The notes under the pieces: generated by a model | Databases searched by the model: none | What the model was told of the DNA's origin: nothing | The model's input: only the letters and a program-made list of their open reading frames with translations | IMG/VR virus record: IMGVR_UViG_3300037808_000364 | Location: 48,445-112,444 of that record | Direction: 5' to 3' (one strand) | DNA: 64,000 bases | Origin: a virus | Position numbers and translations under genes: made by a program | Shown: piece by piece, positions 1 through 9,011 of the stretch | Layout: each line of letters starts with the position of its first letter | Position numbering within the stretch: the first letter of the stretch is position 1

Positions 1-418
1 GAAGGGCACTATCGAAGATAACCCTGCCATAGAAGTAGTCTACGTTGTGTGCGTATGTACCAACTCCTGAAGAGGGTTCAAATGTGTCATTAATATAAAC
101 CCCGCTAATTCCGGGGAAGTTTGCATCACTGCCCACAATTGGTGCTGGCATATTTACACCAGATACTCCACTCTGCCACACCCAGTTGCCTCTGAAACCC
201 TCCCAGACCTGCCCAGAGACGAAGGCGTCGTTGGACGACATTCTTAACCTGCTCATATCCTGACCGTTAGGAGAGGTCTCAGCTAAGTCTACGTTGAAAT
301 AATTACCCTTCTCTAATAGTGCCCAATCCCAATACTCGACCAGTGCGTCCTGAATACTATTACTCAGGGAATAGTCGTGTACAGAGTCAAATCCTTTGAG
401 TGGGGAATAAATTGTCAT
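1..418 (-). CDS. Virion structural protein, 3'-truncated by window edge (MTIYSPLKGFDSVHDYSLSNSIQDALVEYWDW...)
   Basis: Manually read ORF. ATG at 418 overlaps the TGA of the upstream gene (ATGA) and the frame stays open to the window edge. Lies in the structural operon. Confidence 0.6.
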   Translation of the reverse strand, partial: MTIYSPLKGFDSVHDYSLSNSIQDALVEYWDWALLEKGNYFNVDLAETSPNGQDMSRLRMSSNDAFVSGQVWEGFRGNWVWQSGVSGVNMPAPIVGSDANFPGISGVYINDTFEPSSGVGTYAHNVDYFYGRVIFDSAL

Positions 419-1044
419 TTGAAGACATCCTGCAGGATTGAAGAGAGTTCTTTATCTCTACCTTTAAGTGCTCTTGTTATGAAATTATCCTGTTGAGATC
501 CAGAATATTGAGGAGGAATACGCCATACTCCACCCTTTTTCATAGTACCACCGCCCGATCTACCAGAGAAATCAGGAGTGTAAGAATAACCGTAAACAAT
601 AGTCTTGGTTCCTTCCATCAAGAGCCAGTTCAGCCAGTGAAGGGGGGAACTGTCTGTAACCACAAACCCACTAGGCAAATCTAGTAGAGTTCGAAAGTTG
701 GAAGGTTGTATGTTGAAATCCACGCCTCCACGTAGTCTACTATCTATTGGTCTTATCTTAACCTCTAGGGTAGACAATACCGCTTGGATAATTTCAGCCG
801 ACGCAATAGCACCCTGACCCATAGTTAACCCAAATTGTGCGTTTAGTTCACCGGCCACACCCTCACTTTGTAAACTCGCAATCTCTGGTTGAGAAGTAAT
901 CCAGCCCTCTAGGGCCATCTTAATTCTCTCGGAAACCCTCTTACTACTTTTATTCACGAGTTTATTCAACTCTTTAGCAATGGCTTCGTTGATCTTTTTC
1001 TCTATCTGAGAGTCAGAATCTACTAATTTGAGATTTATGGTCAT
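415..1044 (-). CDS. Hypothetical virion morphogenesis protein (possible neck/tail completion)
   Basis: 216-aa ORF in track; likely start is MTINLK at 1044 (ATGA overlap with upstream gene). Function inferred from position only. Confidence 0.5.
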   Translation of the reverse strand: MTINLKLVDSDSQIEKKINEAIAKELNKLVNKSSKRVSERIKMALEGWITSQPEIASLQSEGVAGELNAQFGLTMGQGAIASAEIIQAVLSTLEVKIRPIDSRLRGGVDFNIQPSNFRTLLDLPSGFVVTDSSPLHWLNWLLMEGTKTIVYGYSYTPDFSGRSGGGTMKKGGVWRIPPQYSGSQQDNFITRALKGRDKELSSILQDVFK

Positions 1045-1526
1045 GCCGCCCTCTCCCAGAAACAACCAAAGTATCTATTTTGCCTAAGACCCATAGGCCA
1101 CGGTTCACCGAACATGGTAAACTTGTATTCTCTTAGGGTCTCAATATTTTGGTGGACAAGTAAGTGTTTAGCCCTCATTATCTTATCAAGATCAGTCGCA
1201 AAGAAAATGGTTTGTATGCTGTTGTCTGGGACAACTATGTTGTTACCAACCTTGACCCAGTCTTTACTATTCCAATAAACCTTGAGCTTAATAGTCTCCG
1301 TGGTCTCCACCTCTTTGTACGTCTTATTTTCCCTTTTATAGTCACCAATATGTTGTCTGTGTGCATTTATAGATTTGTTCTGAGGAATGTTGTCAAACGT
1401 ATTTGAAATCTCTTCTACGTTCTCTACAAATACCAATGTGCAATCGACACCGAAGATATCGGTAATCGTAGAGTCAATGATATCATAGTACTTTGTGAAA
1501 ACACTTTCTGGGATATTGATAGGCAT
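1041..1526 (-). CDS. Hypothetical virion protein (possible head closure/neck)
   Basis: 161-aa ORF in a tightly packed structural operon. Confidence 0.5.
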   Translation of the reverse strand: MPINIPESVFTKYYDIIDSTITDIFGVDCTLVFVENVEEISNTFDNIPQNKSINAHRQHIGDYKRENKTYKEVETTETIKLKVYWNSKDWVKVGNNIVVPDNSIQTIFFATDLDKIMRAKHLLVHQNIETLREYKFTMFGEPWPMGLRQNRYFGCFWERAA

Positions 1527-1537
1527 AGTAACCCCTA

Positions 1538-1741
1538 TTAAGATGCACCACCGCCATAGTGTTCGTCGAACCTACCACTAAGCCTAATGTCCATGACACC
1601 GGAATCAACAAATGAGTTGACTTCAGGTGTTCGAACCTGTAAAGACCCAGAACCAGTTTCGGTCACCATGACAACGAGTGATCCATTCTGAATCCCACCG
1701 CCAGAAGATTTAGCTGGTTGAACTACGTATGGATGTGCCAT
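1538..1741 (-). CDS. Small hypothetical structural protein
   Basis: 67-aa ORF, GGAG RBS upstream, packed between structural genes. Confidence 0.55.
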   Translation of the reverse strand: MAHPYVVQPAKSSGGGIQNGSLVVMVTETGSGSLQVRTPEVNSFVDSGVMDIRLSGRFDEHYGGGAS

Positions 1742-1787
1742 TTTTTACTCCAAAAGTATGATTATCTACGTTAAGTAGACAGAAAAG

Positions 1788-4700
1788 TTACATTAAAGTG
1801 GTTGTTGGTATTTTGTGCCAATGATAGGCACCGGCTTGTAGAATGCAAATCGCTAGACCTCGATCTGTCCCGAAGTCGTAAGTAGCAACTACACCCTCTC
1901 CCACTGGGATAATATCTCCCGCAGAATTCACGAGAGTAGTGTTAGGATACGACGTTGCGGCGAGTGTGACAGCATGTGGAAATCTCAGCCAACCTTTTTC
2001 GTTTACGATTTCGTTCGTTGCGGAATTTAGTGAGGTCGTAGCACTTAGGGTTTGAGTCTTCAGTAAGCCAGCAGCCTGACTAGAGACAATGCCGTCTGAG
2101 GAGTGTAGATTTAACAGTAGTGCAGAGTCAGTCGTTGAGTCTGGAGTGATATTTACGGTTGCCAGCAGGATATCAGAAATGGTTCTGTAGGTGTTGTTTA
2201 ATTTGGCACCCACATGAAGATTTACAGGGTTCATTACGCCCTGAATAGCTTCTCCAACGTCTAGTACGTAGTCTTCATCAGCATCGCTCCAATCAGCACT
2301 ATAACCAGTGAGGAACTTGCTGTTTAGAATAATAGAATCGCTGCCACTACGATTTTGACCAGCTTGTCTACCCATTAGGATATTATTATAAGTACCACTA
2401 GCACCTAAGCCAGCCCTATATCCAATGGCTACGGTGTAGTCCATATCTTGCCCTTCTTTTAGGACTTGATACCCTATCCCTACACAGTGTGCTGTACCAT
2501 TATATTGACCAGAGGTATTGTATTGAGATTGATAACCAATGTATACATTACCCAAACCATCTTCAGTGAAATATCCAGCCGATGCTCCAAGGTTAACACT
2601 GTACTTAACGCCAGTAGATCCTACTCCCGCGTACTCTCCAATATTGACCATATGCTCGTTAGAGAAGTTGTTATCTTCTATCCACTTTCCTCCAGCATAT
2701 TTTCCAATATTGATATTGTCTACACCAGAGTGATGATGACTACCAGCATAGTAACCCATGCTAATATCATACCCATCGACCGCACCATCTTGATATAATC
2801 CGGCCCAAGTACCTATTGATATATTGTTTACGGTTCTTCTACCCTGATTAGCTGTGAGATAGCTTCTTTGATGTCCCGCACCAACACCAATCCCGATATT
2901 GGCACTACCAGAGCAATGAACCAAACTTTTGTAACCTAAACCTATACTCAAGTTGGCGTGTGAGCCAACTCCACTCATAGCTAGATCGCCTATAGCTACT
3001 ATGCCAGCCCACTGTTCTTGATCTGCTAGAGGTTCAGTCAACACATAGCTACCGATAGCAACTATACCTGAATTTGTCGAGCTACTATCGTTAGCAGCAA
3101 CATTAGCAATGTTTTCGCCAATAATAACACTACCCGGACCTCCACTATATCCTATTGATAGACCTTTGTTTATAACAATAGGCGAACTACCGCTAAAGGT
3201 AACAAATCCCCCATTGGAGATACCTAGGCGTGATAAGCTACCACTACCCGCTGGGTCCATGATGTAGTTACTGTTTTGTTGAATAAGACCACTAGTTGCA
3301 CCGCCTAGCGTTATTAGATCAACCTGACCGGATGCGTAAGCGGCAATACCACTAACACCACTGACGGAAATGGGACCATTCTCATTTGACAAGAACCCTG
3401 TATTGGTGTCTATTCCTGCTTGAAGTACACCAGAAAGACCGCTGGCACCGATCCGGAATGTATTGCTGGCAGCATCATACTCAGCACGTACACCACTTAC
3501 GCCGCTGATCGTTACCGTCTCAGTGCTTGTGATGATATCGTCTGCAACATCACCATTGGTAACGTTGAATGTGTAGTTTGAAGAAGGGTCGTATCCAATA
3601 GAATAAAGGCCAGAGCTATTCGTACCATCTGTTAGGTCGGTGAAGTCTATATGTATACCACTAACTCCAGAGAACGCTATAACAGAGTCCTTCTCCATTA
3701 GCTTCAATGAGTTGTTACCAGCATCAACCCCACTAGCCATTGAGTAGAACTGGAAGTTTGAAGCTGTAATTTGGTTTTGAAGAACACCCGAAAGATTACC
3801 AGCATCAACTATTATTTGTCTGTTACCAGAATCAATTTGTGTATCTACGTGAATACCGCTAAACAAAACGGTTTGACCAGTAGTAATCTCAACGCCAGAG
3901 TCAGCAGTGTCATCAATTTGACTGCGAAGATCAAAGCTGGAAAATCCACCACCAACAGATACAGCAACGCCATTAAACTTCAGTGTTCCAGCGTCGTTAT
4001 ACAGGCGGTTAGTAGTAGTATTCATCCAATCTGCTGGAGTTATAGCTTCTAGTAGTAGACCACCACTAGGGTTCATACATCCACTGGTGATGACATCTCC
4101 ACTGTTTGTGATGTGGTAGAACGTGGTAGCGTCACCAGATTGCAACTGCATATAAGGAGTAGAGCTACCAGACGCTGGATGACGTACGATAAACGCTGCG
4201 TCATCATTTTCCTTAGGTGTTACAAAGACGGTCGCTCCCGGAGAAGCATCCGATGGGTTACCAAACCCAACCTTACCACCATAAATATCTCCAACGATAG
4301 TATTACCTATGTTGATCTTACCGCTAGCCTCTGTTCCCAGAAAACTAGCCGCCGCTCCAGAACCAATGATCTCAATGTTTTCATTACCAGAGACGGCTAC
4401 ACCAGCGTTATTACCTATGTAGATATTGTTGGTACCACTAGCAGACTCAGCAGCGTCAGTACCAATACCTACTACGTCGATGAGATTAAGGCCAGATCGT
4501 CCAGCACGCTCACCTATAAAGTTAGACTGGTCTATACCTGAAGCATACATTAGGGTCTTATTACCTAGTGCCACAGAGTTTTGAACTCCAGACGCTTCTC
4601 TAGCGACTGAACTACCCAAACCAATCAACTCTTGTAGAGCCGCAGATCCACTAGCTGACTGAACACCTATAAGATAACAATTAGTAAGACCCGCTGATTC

Positions 4701-6533
4701 ACTCGCAGAATCTCTACCAGCCGCAAATACGTCGGTTAGATTGGACGAGTTGTATGTGGAGCGGAGGTCTACAGCTACTACGTTAGTAAGTACTGACGCA
4801 CCATTAGCTGAGTCCGTACCTACAGCTATTACATTAGCCAGCCCAGAGGCACCCTGAGCAACACCAACACCAATAGCTGAAACAGAACTTGAATCCAACA
4901 GTCCACTACCAGCACCACTACCTAAGACCTGAGAAGCGGCAACCCCTGTAGCAAAAGCGAGAGCTTGTGTTCCCACTCCTACGGAGTCATCAATATCATA
5001 ACCGCCGTCGCCAGCATGGAGACCAGCAATGACAACTCCAGACATTAACTGGGAGTTGAATCCTGCGAAGTGACCAATAAGTACACCATCAGAAATACCA
5101 CTAACACCAAAACCAGCATAGTCACCAACTCCTACTAAATGGTAGTTCTCAGTCGAATTGCCCTCATCAGTACCAGCTTGTGTACCAATTCTAATTAAAC
5201 CATCAGTGAATATCAGTTGGTTAAAATAACCAGATTGAGAACCGAGAGTACCACGGGCGTCTAAGTTATAATTAGGTGAATCCGTAGAGGCATCACCACC
5301 AACCAGTAGGCGATTATTGTTGTAATCAAAGAGAATACCGCTATCATACGTGACGCTACCACTGCCAGCATAAATAGCGACCATTCCTAATGTGAAGTTA
5401 TTAGGGGTAATGTTAGCGGTCTGACCGTCCAGACCAACATTCTTCTGTAGAACAAAGTTTCCACTAGTAGTAAGAGCGGCTAGTGGAATATCGTCGATAT
5501 TCAAAAGTCGGAACGAGGGGTCATCTGGAGAACATGGTGGAGTACCACAGTGGTTTACCGTAGGACCAGCGAACACGGTCCCCGGAGTTTGTTTAGCCAG
5601 ACCAATATATTGATCTACAATACCACTTAGTTCGATCACTCCGTTAGAGGCATTGCCCAATTCATTCCTTAGGAAAGGTTCAAGCTGCTTACCACCAGAA
5701 GCCGTAGCACCAGTGTGCGTAAGCTGACCACCAGAGAACATAATGCCAGATCCGCCCTCTACAATACCAGAAACCCTTATAATAGAGTAAGCTCTTTCAC
5801 CACCGATATCTAGGGCATATTGGGGAGCCGTCTGACTTATACCTAGGCGGTTATTAACATCATCCCAAACCATGTCATCTGTATGATTGATGATCTGCTC
5901 GTTACGCCAGAACGCAAGTCCACTATGCTTAGGTTCAGATATATCACCATCAAGACCATAACCGTTATAAACAGAGGTTTTGCCGGGGTATGTAACGAAA
6001 ACCTCTTTTAGACCTGTTGTCCAGCTAATAGGGCTACGTGCCGTTTCGTAGTCAGTTCCACTAACTCCACCGTGAAGCTGAGTAGCGTGACCCTGATGAT
6101 CGGTAGGCATATAGAATGTTGTACCGGGATCTCCAGAGAACGTGTGCTCCATAACACCTGCGTATGGACCATCAGTATATCCAACACCACTGATTGCAGC
6201 CGACCGTGTTAAGTAAAGAGGGTAAAAGTAACCACTTGTACCAGCGGTTGGACCGGAATCACTACTGCCATTAAGGAAGTAGGGTCCAGAGTTAATGGTA
6301 GAGCTACGAAAGGGATTACGTGTAAGAACACGATCACTACCGCTTTTCTCGTAAATACCAGAACCAATTTCATACTGGACACCATCTGTCATGGCGTAGA
6401 ATACTACGTCACCAGAAGCGTAGAAATCACCAAACCCACTAAAACTACTGACGGCACCGTCGAGTACGATAGACCCTGTGCCAGTTGTTCTAGATAGTTC
6501 TTTTACCCTATCTGCTAAGAAGAAAGTGGACAT
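1788..6533 (-). CDS. Large tail-fibre/adhesin-like virion protein with YadA-head-like 'xIGxxA' repeats
   Basis: 1581 aa. N-terminal ADRVKE.S.TTGTG motif common in phage fibres, many IG..AG beta-roll repeats, G/S-rich. Confidence 0.7.
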   Translation of the reverse strand: MSTFFLADRVKELSRTTGTGSIVLDGAVSSFSGFGDFYASGDVVFYAMTDGVQYEIGSGIYEKSGSDRVLTRNPFRSSTINSGPYFLNGSSDSGPTAGTSGYFYPLYLTRSAAISGVGYTDGPYAGVMEHTFSGDPGTTFYMPTDHQGHATQLHGGVSGTDYETARSPISWTTGLKEVFVTYPGKTSVYNGYGLDGDISEPKHSGLAFWRNEQIINHTDDMVWDDVNNRLGISQTAPQYALDIGGERAYSIIRVSGIVEGGSGIMFSGGQLTHTGATASGGKQLEPFLRNELGNASNGVIELSGIVDQYIGLAKQTPGTVFAGPTVNHCGTPPCSPDDPSFRLLNIDDIPLAALTTSGNFVLQKNVGLDGQTANITPNNFTLGMVAIYAGSGSVTYDSGILFDYNNNRLLVGGDASTDSPNYNLDARGTLGSQSGYFNQLIFTDGLIRIGTQAGTDEGNSTENYHLVGVGDYAGFGVSGISDGVLIGHFAGFNSQLMSGVVIAGLHAGDGGYDIDDSVGVGTQALAFATGVAASQVLGSGAGSGLLDSSSVSAIGVGVAQGASGLANVIAVGTDSANGASVLTNVVAVDLRSTYNSSNLTDVFAAGRDSASESAGLTNCYLIGVQSASGSAALQELIGLGSSVAREASGVQNSVALGNKTLMYASGIDQSNFIGERAGRSGLNLIDVVGIGTDAAESASGTNNIYIGNNAGVAVSGNENIEIIGSGAAASFLGTEASGKINIGNTIVGDIYGGKVGFGNPSDASPGATVFVTPKENDDAAFIVRHPASGSSTPYMQLQSGDATTFYHITNSGDVITSGCMNPSGGLLLEAITPADWMNTTTNRLYNDAGTLKFNGVAVSVGGGFSSFDLRSQIDDTADSGVEITTGQTVLFSGIHVDTQIDSGNRQIIVDAGNLSGVLQNQITASNFQFYSMASGVDAGNNSLKLMEKDSVIAFSGVSGIHIDFTDLTDGTNSSGLYSIGYDPSSNYTFNVTNGDVADDIITSTETVTISGVSGVRAEYDAASNTFRIGASGLSGVLQAGIDTNTGFLSNENGPISVSGVSGIAAYASGQVDLITLGGATSGLIQQNSNYIMDPAGSGSLSRLGISNGGFVTFSGSSPIVINKGLSIGYSGGPGSVIIGENIANVAANDSSSTNSGIVAIGSYVLTEPLADQEQWAGIVAIGDLAMSGVGSHANLSIGLGYKSLVHCSGSANIGIGVGAGHQRSYLTANQGRRTVNNISIGTWAGLYQDGAVDGYDISMGYYAGSHHHSGVDNINIGKYAGGKWIEDNNFSNEHMVNIGEYAGVGSTGVKYSVNLGASAGYFTEDGLGNVYIGYQSQYNTSGQYNGTAHCVGIGYQVLKEGQDMDYTVAIGYRAGLGASGTYNNILMGRQAGQNRSGSDSIILNSKFLTGYSADWSDADEDYVLDVGEAIQGVMNPVNLHVGAKLNNTYRTISDILLATVNITPDSTTDSALLLNLHSSDGIVSSQAAGLLKTQTLSATTSLNSATNEIVNEKGWLRFPHAVTLAATSYPNTTLVNSAGDIIPVGEGVVATYDFGTDRGLAICILQAGAYHWHKIPTTTLM

Positions 6534-6550
6534 ATTTACCCTCTGTTATT

Positions 6551-7540
6551 TTAAAGCCCGATCATTGTAGGCGGAGTGCCGGAAGTTTCTGATGGTGAGT
6601 AGCCATATACGACCAAGTCACATCTTTCAGAATCTACATAGTCACCATTCTCATTTTTGATAACGTATGTTATAGTTCTCTTGGTTGACCCATCATCCGG
6701 GCCAGCGTTACCTTCGCGTAGAACAAGACCCACCGTGTTTACTGAGAAGTCTTCCTGACTACCGCTAGCCGTTGTGGCATTAGCAGAACCAATGGCAACA
6801 TATGAGTTAGCATCGAAAACACCAGAGGTAAATGTCAACTTTAGCTTACCCTGAGCTAGACGTTCAATACTTTCAATATTGTGCCAAGATCTCACAACGG
6901 GGACATTCCCTACTCCACTAGCGTCAAAAGTACACCAAGCCTTGGCAACACCCTTAGCAGTATTTGGAATAATAGAATTATCCCTCATAAACTTGATATT
7001 ACCAGAAGTGTTGATATCCTGCTCTGTAGCCGTGCCGTTGGTCTGAACAAATTGAAACCCAACATTGGCAATACCAGATGTATTAATCCACCGTTGATCA
7101 GTAGCCATATTTCCAAGCAATGCGTTACCACGAGCAGCATCTACACCGAGACGGTTGTAGTACTGAGTATGAGTATCATTGCTCAGGTTAAGTAGATTAT
7201 CATGATCGATACCTGCGTCTCCAAGCCACGGCTCAGTTTGTCGCTGAGTTCTCTTAGCCACGTCTGTAGCGTTGGGGAAAAACACCCCAGAATCGATAAT
7301 CAGATCACCATAACTAGCACTAGAAGATGGAGAAGAAGAATCCGCACTACTAACCTTTACAGAGTTAAAGAACGGAAATTCCACCTCAGTGTCGCCACTA
7401 GCTACAACCTTATTGATAGAGAACGCAATGTCCTCCATATTATGACGCACATCATATGCGGAAATACCCCCAGCGTTATTATCTGCAAGGTCTGCACTGA
7501 TGCTCGCTATTAAATCGCCTGAACTTAATTGGCTAGGCAT
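6551..7540 (-). CDS. Virion fibre-like protein
   Basis: 329 aa. N-terminal LADNNAGGISAYDVR motif, DHDNL/DTHTQY fibre motifs, C-terminal AKAWCTFD...NIESIER..QG domain typical of fibre tips. Confidence 0.6.
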   Translation of the reverse strand: MPSQLSSGDLIASISADLADNNAGGISAYDVRHNMEDIAFSINKVVASGDTEVEFPFFNSVKVSSADSSSPSSSASYGDLIIDSGVFFPNATDVAKRTQRQTEPWLGDAGIDHDNLLNLSNDTHTQYYNRLGVDAARGNALLGNMATDQRWINTSGIANVGFQFVQTNGTATEQDINTSGNIKFMRDNSIIPNTAKGVAKAWCTFDASGVGNVPVVRSWHNIESIERLAQGKLKLTFTSGVFDANSYVAIGSANATTASGSQEDFSVNTVGLVLREGNAGPDDGSTKRTITYVIKNENGDYVDSERCDLVVYGYSPSETSGTPPTMIGL

Positions 7541-7551
7541 TTATCTCTCCC

Positions 7552-8073
7552 TTAATAATCGAAGAATCCGCCGGTGCCCCTGTGACCACCAGTGCTACTT
7601 CCTGAAACGTTGTCTGAACCGGGACTGTAAGGACCAAGGATAGCTTGTCCCGCAATACTACTACCTGCTCGATATTCCATTTCCGCCCTCTCGTACTTTT
7701 CGCACAAGTCTTTATAGAGAACGGTAAGGGTGTTAGTTACTCCACGTAGGTCAATAGCAGAGGGGCCATCTTTGATAGAGATAGCATTTCCTGACTCACT
7801 ACGTATTTGACTACCCACGATGATACACGCCGCACGTAAGCAAATGAGAGTAATAAAAGCATGATCTTCTGTTTCCACGGTTGGGTCTGGACTTAGAGTG
7901 CAATTTTCAACATTTACACTGTAAGTCTTACCAAACTCGACAGTCATTTGTGTTAACTGTGCAGCTACCAATATCGTTGTTTCAATACGATGGGGCGAAA
8001 AAGTATAACTATCGGAGTCGATATCATCTATGAGATATCGCACAATAGTGCTCATTTGACCTTGCCAAGACAT
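7552..8073 (-). CDS. Putative head-tail adaptor/connector
   Basis: 173 aa, N-terminal VRYLIDD...YTFS pattern resembling head-tail adaptors. Inference. Confidence 0.45.
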   Translation of the reverse strand: MSWQGQMSTIVRYLIDDIDSDSYTFSPHRIETTILVAAQLTQMTVEFGKTYSVNVENCTLSPDPTVETEDHAFITLICLRAACIIVGSQIRSESGNAISIKDGPSAIDLRGVTNTLTVLYKDLCEKYERAEMEYRAGSSIAGQAILGPYSPGSDNVSGSSTGGHRGTGGFFDY

Positions 8074-8082
8074 ATTTTACCC

Positions 8083-8391
8083 CTATAGATTACATTCTAC
8101 CCTAAAAGTAGACAAACTGGTAGAGTGAGTGGCTCCACTAAGAAGCCCCACTTTTCCCTGAATCTTGTAAGATCCAGCTACATCTAGATCCCCAGCTATA
8201 GTCGCATAGTACATTTTACCGTCCGTACCATCAGTATATAGCACCCCAGTACGACTTAGAACAGTGGAATCTGGCTTCCTGATAAAAATTGACAAACTAG
8301 TTGCTGTAGAAATATCAACCACCGTACCACAGTCTGTGACCGTAATAAGTAGCTTAGTTCCCACATCTTCTGCATGAATATTACAAGCCAT
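8083..8391 (-). CDS. BppU-like Ig-fold baseplate/virion protein
   Basis: 102 aa with DVG..L.ITV.D...VDIS.AT...RKPD...G...Y.T..GDLD.AG.Y..Q pattern. Confidence 0.55.
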   Translation of the reverse strand: MACNIHAEDVGTKLLITVTDCGTVVDISTATSLSIFIRKPDSTVLSRTGVLYTDGTDGKMYYATIAGDLDVAGSYKIQGKVGLLSGATHSTSLSTFRVECNL

Positions 8392-8399
8392 TTTTCACC

Positions 8400-8549
8400 C
8401 TACGTAAAGTCTTTCTGGGTCTCAATCTTGAGTGTTTCATCTAGTACGGTTTTGATAATACCCGAATATGCCACCTGATCACCATTTAGCATCATCTGCC
8501 ATTGGGTAGATAGGGGTAATTCAGACCAAGTTGCTCCTCCGTAAATCAT
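8400..8549 (-). CDS. Small hypothetical protein, 49 aa (MIYGGATWSELPLSTQW...)
   Basis: Manually translated, below track threshold. GAGGG RBS; fills the gap between the late-promoter motif and the 8391 gene. Confidence 0.55.
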   Translation of the reverse strand: MIYGGATWSELPLSTQWQMMLNGDQVAYSGIIKTVLDETLKIETQKDFT

Positions 8550-8594
8550 GATATAACCCTCTTTCTCAAGGTTTTACTTTTACCACTCATAAGT

Positions 8595-8605
8595 AATATA
8601 CACAA
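8595..8605 (-). promoter_or_regulatory. Putative phage late promoter (TTGTGTATATT)
   Basis: Same motif as at 29167, 32285 and 34418; intergenic; no -35 hexamer at 16-18 bp. Confidence 0.5.
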
Positions 8606-8665
8606 TTTAGAGGTTTGACCCTTAAATAGGAGAAAGGTCTCCCTCTGAGGGTCTAACCATCTCAT

Positions 8666-8980
8666 TTATACTGGGTCTATCACTACGGCGTCTAAGATAG
8701 CCTGAGTGCTAGCGGCGGTGCTCTCGGTAACAGCACTTACTGCTTGCTTTTTGTTGTATCCTGCTAATATCTGCTCGACGTAAAGTCTAATCCTTTTTGC
8801 CGTAAAATCCTCCTTAGTCACTGGATTAGGTATTGTCGCCTCTGCATCAGCAGGGTCTTCAACGGTTTCGGGTCGGTTGTACGCATCAGAAAATGCGTCG
8901 TGGATGATGCTCGTCACGCCATCGGGTACGTCCAATGATCGTGAGTAAGCTCCAAAAGTAAGTGTAATTCGTTCAGCCAT
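8666..8980 (-). CDS. Hypothetical protein (possible fibre accessory/chaperone)
   Basis: 104-aa ORF with GGAG RBS, directly after the LamG gene. Confidence 0.6.
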   Translation of the reverse strand: MAERITLTFGAYSRSLDVPDGVTSIIHDAFSDAYNRPETVEDPADAEATIPNPVTKEDFTAKRIRLYVEQILAGYNKKQAVSAVTESTAASTQAILDAVVIDPV

Positions 8981-9011
8981 TGTAATTCTCCAAAAGTTAA
9001 AAAGGTTGTTG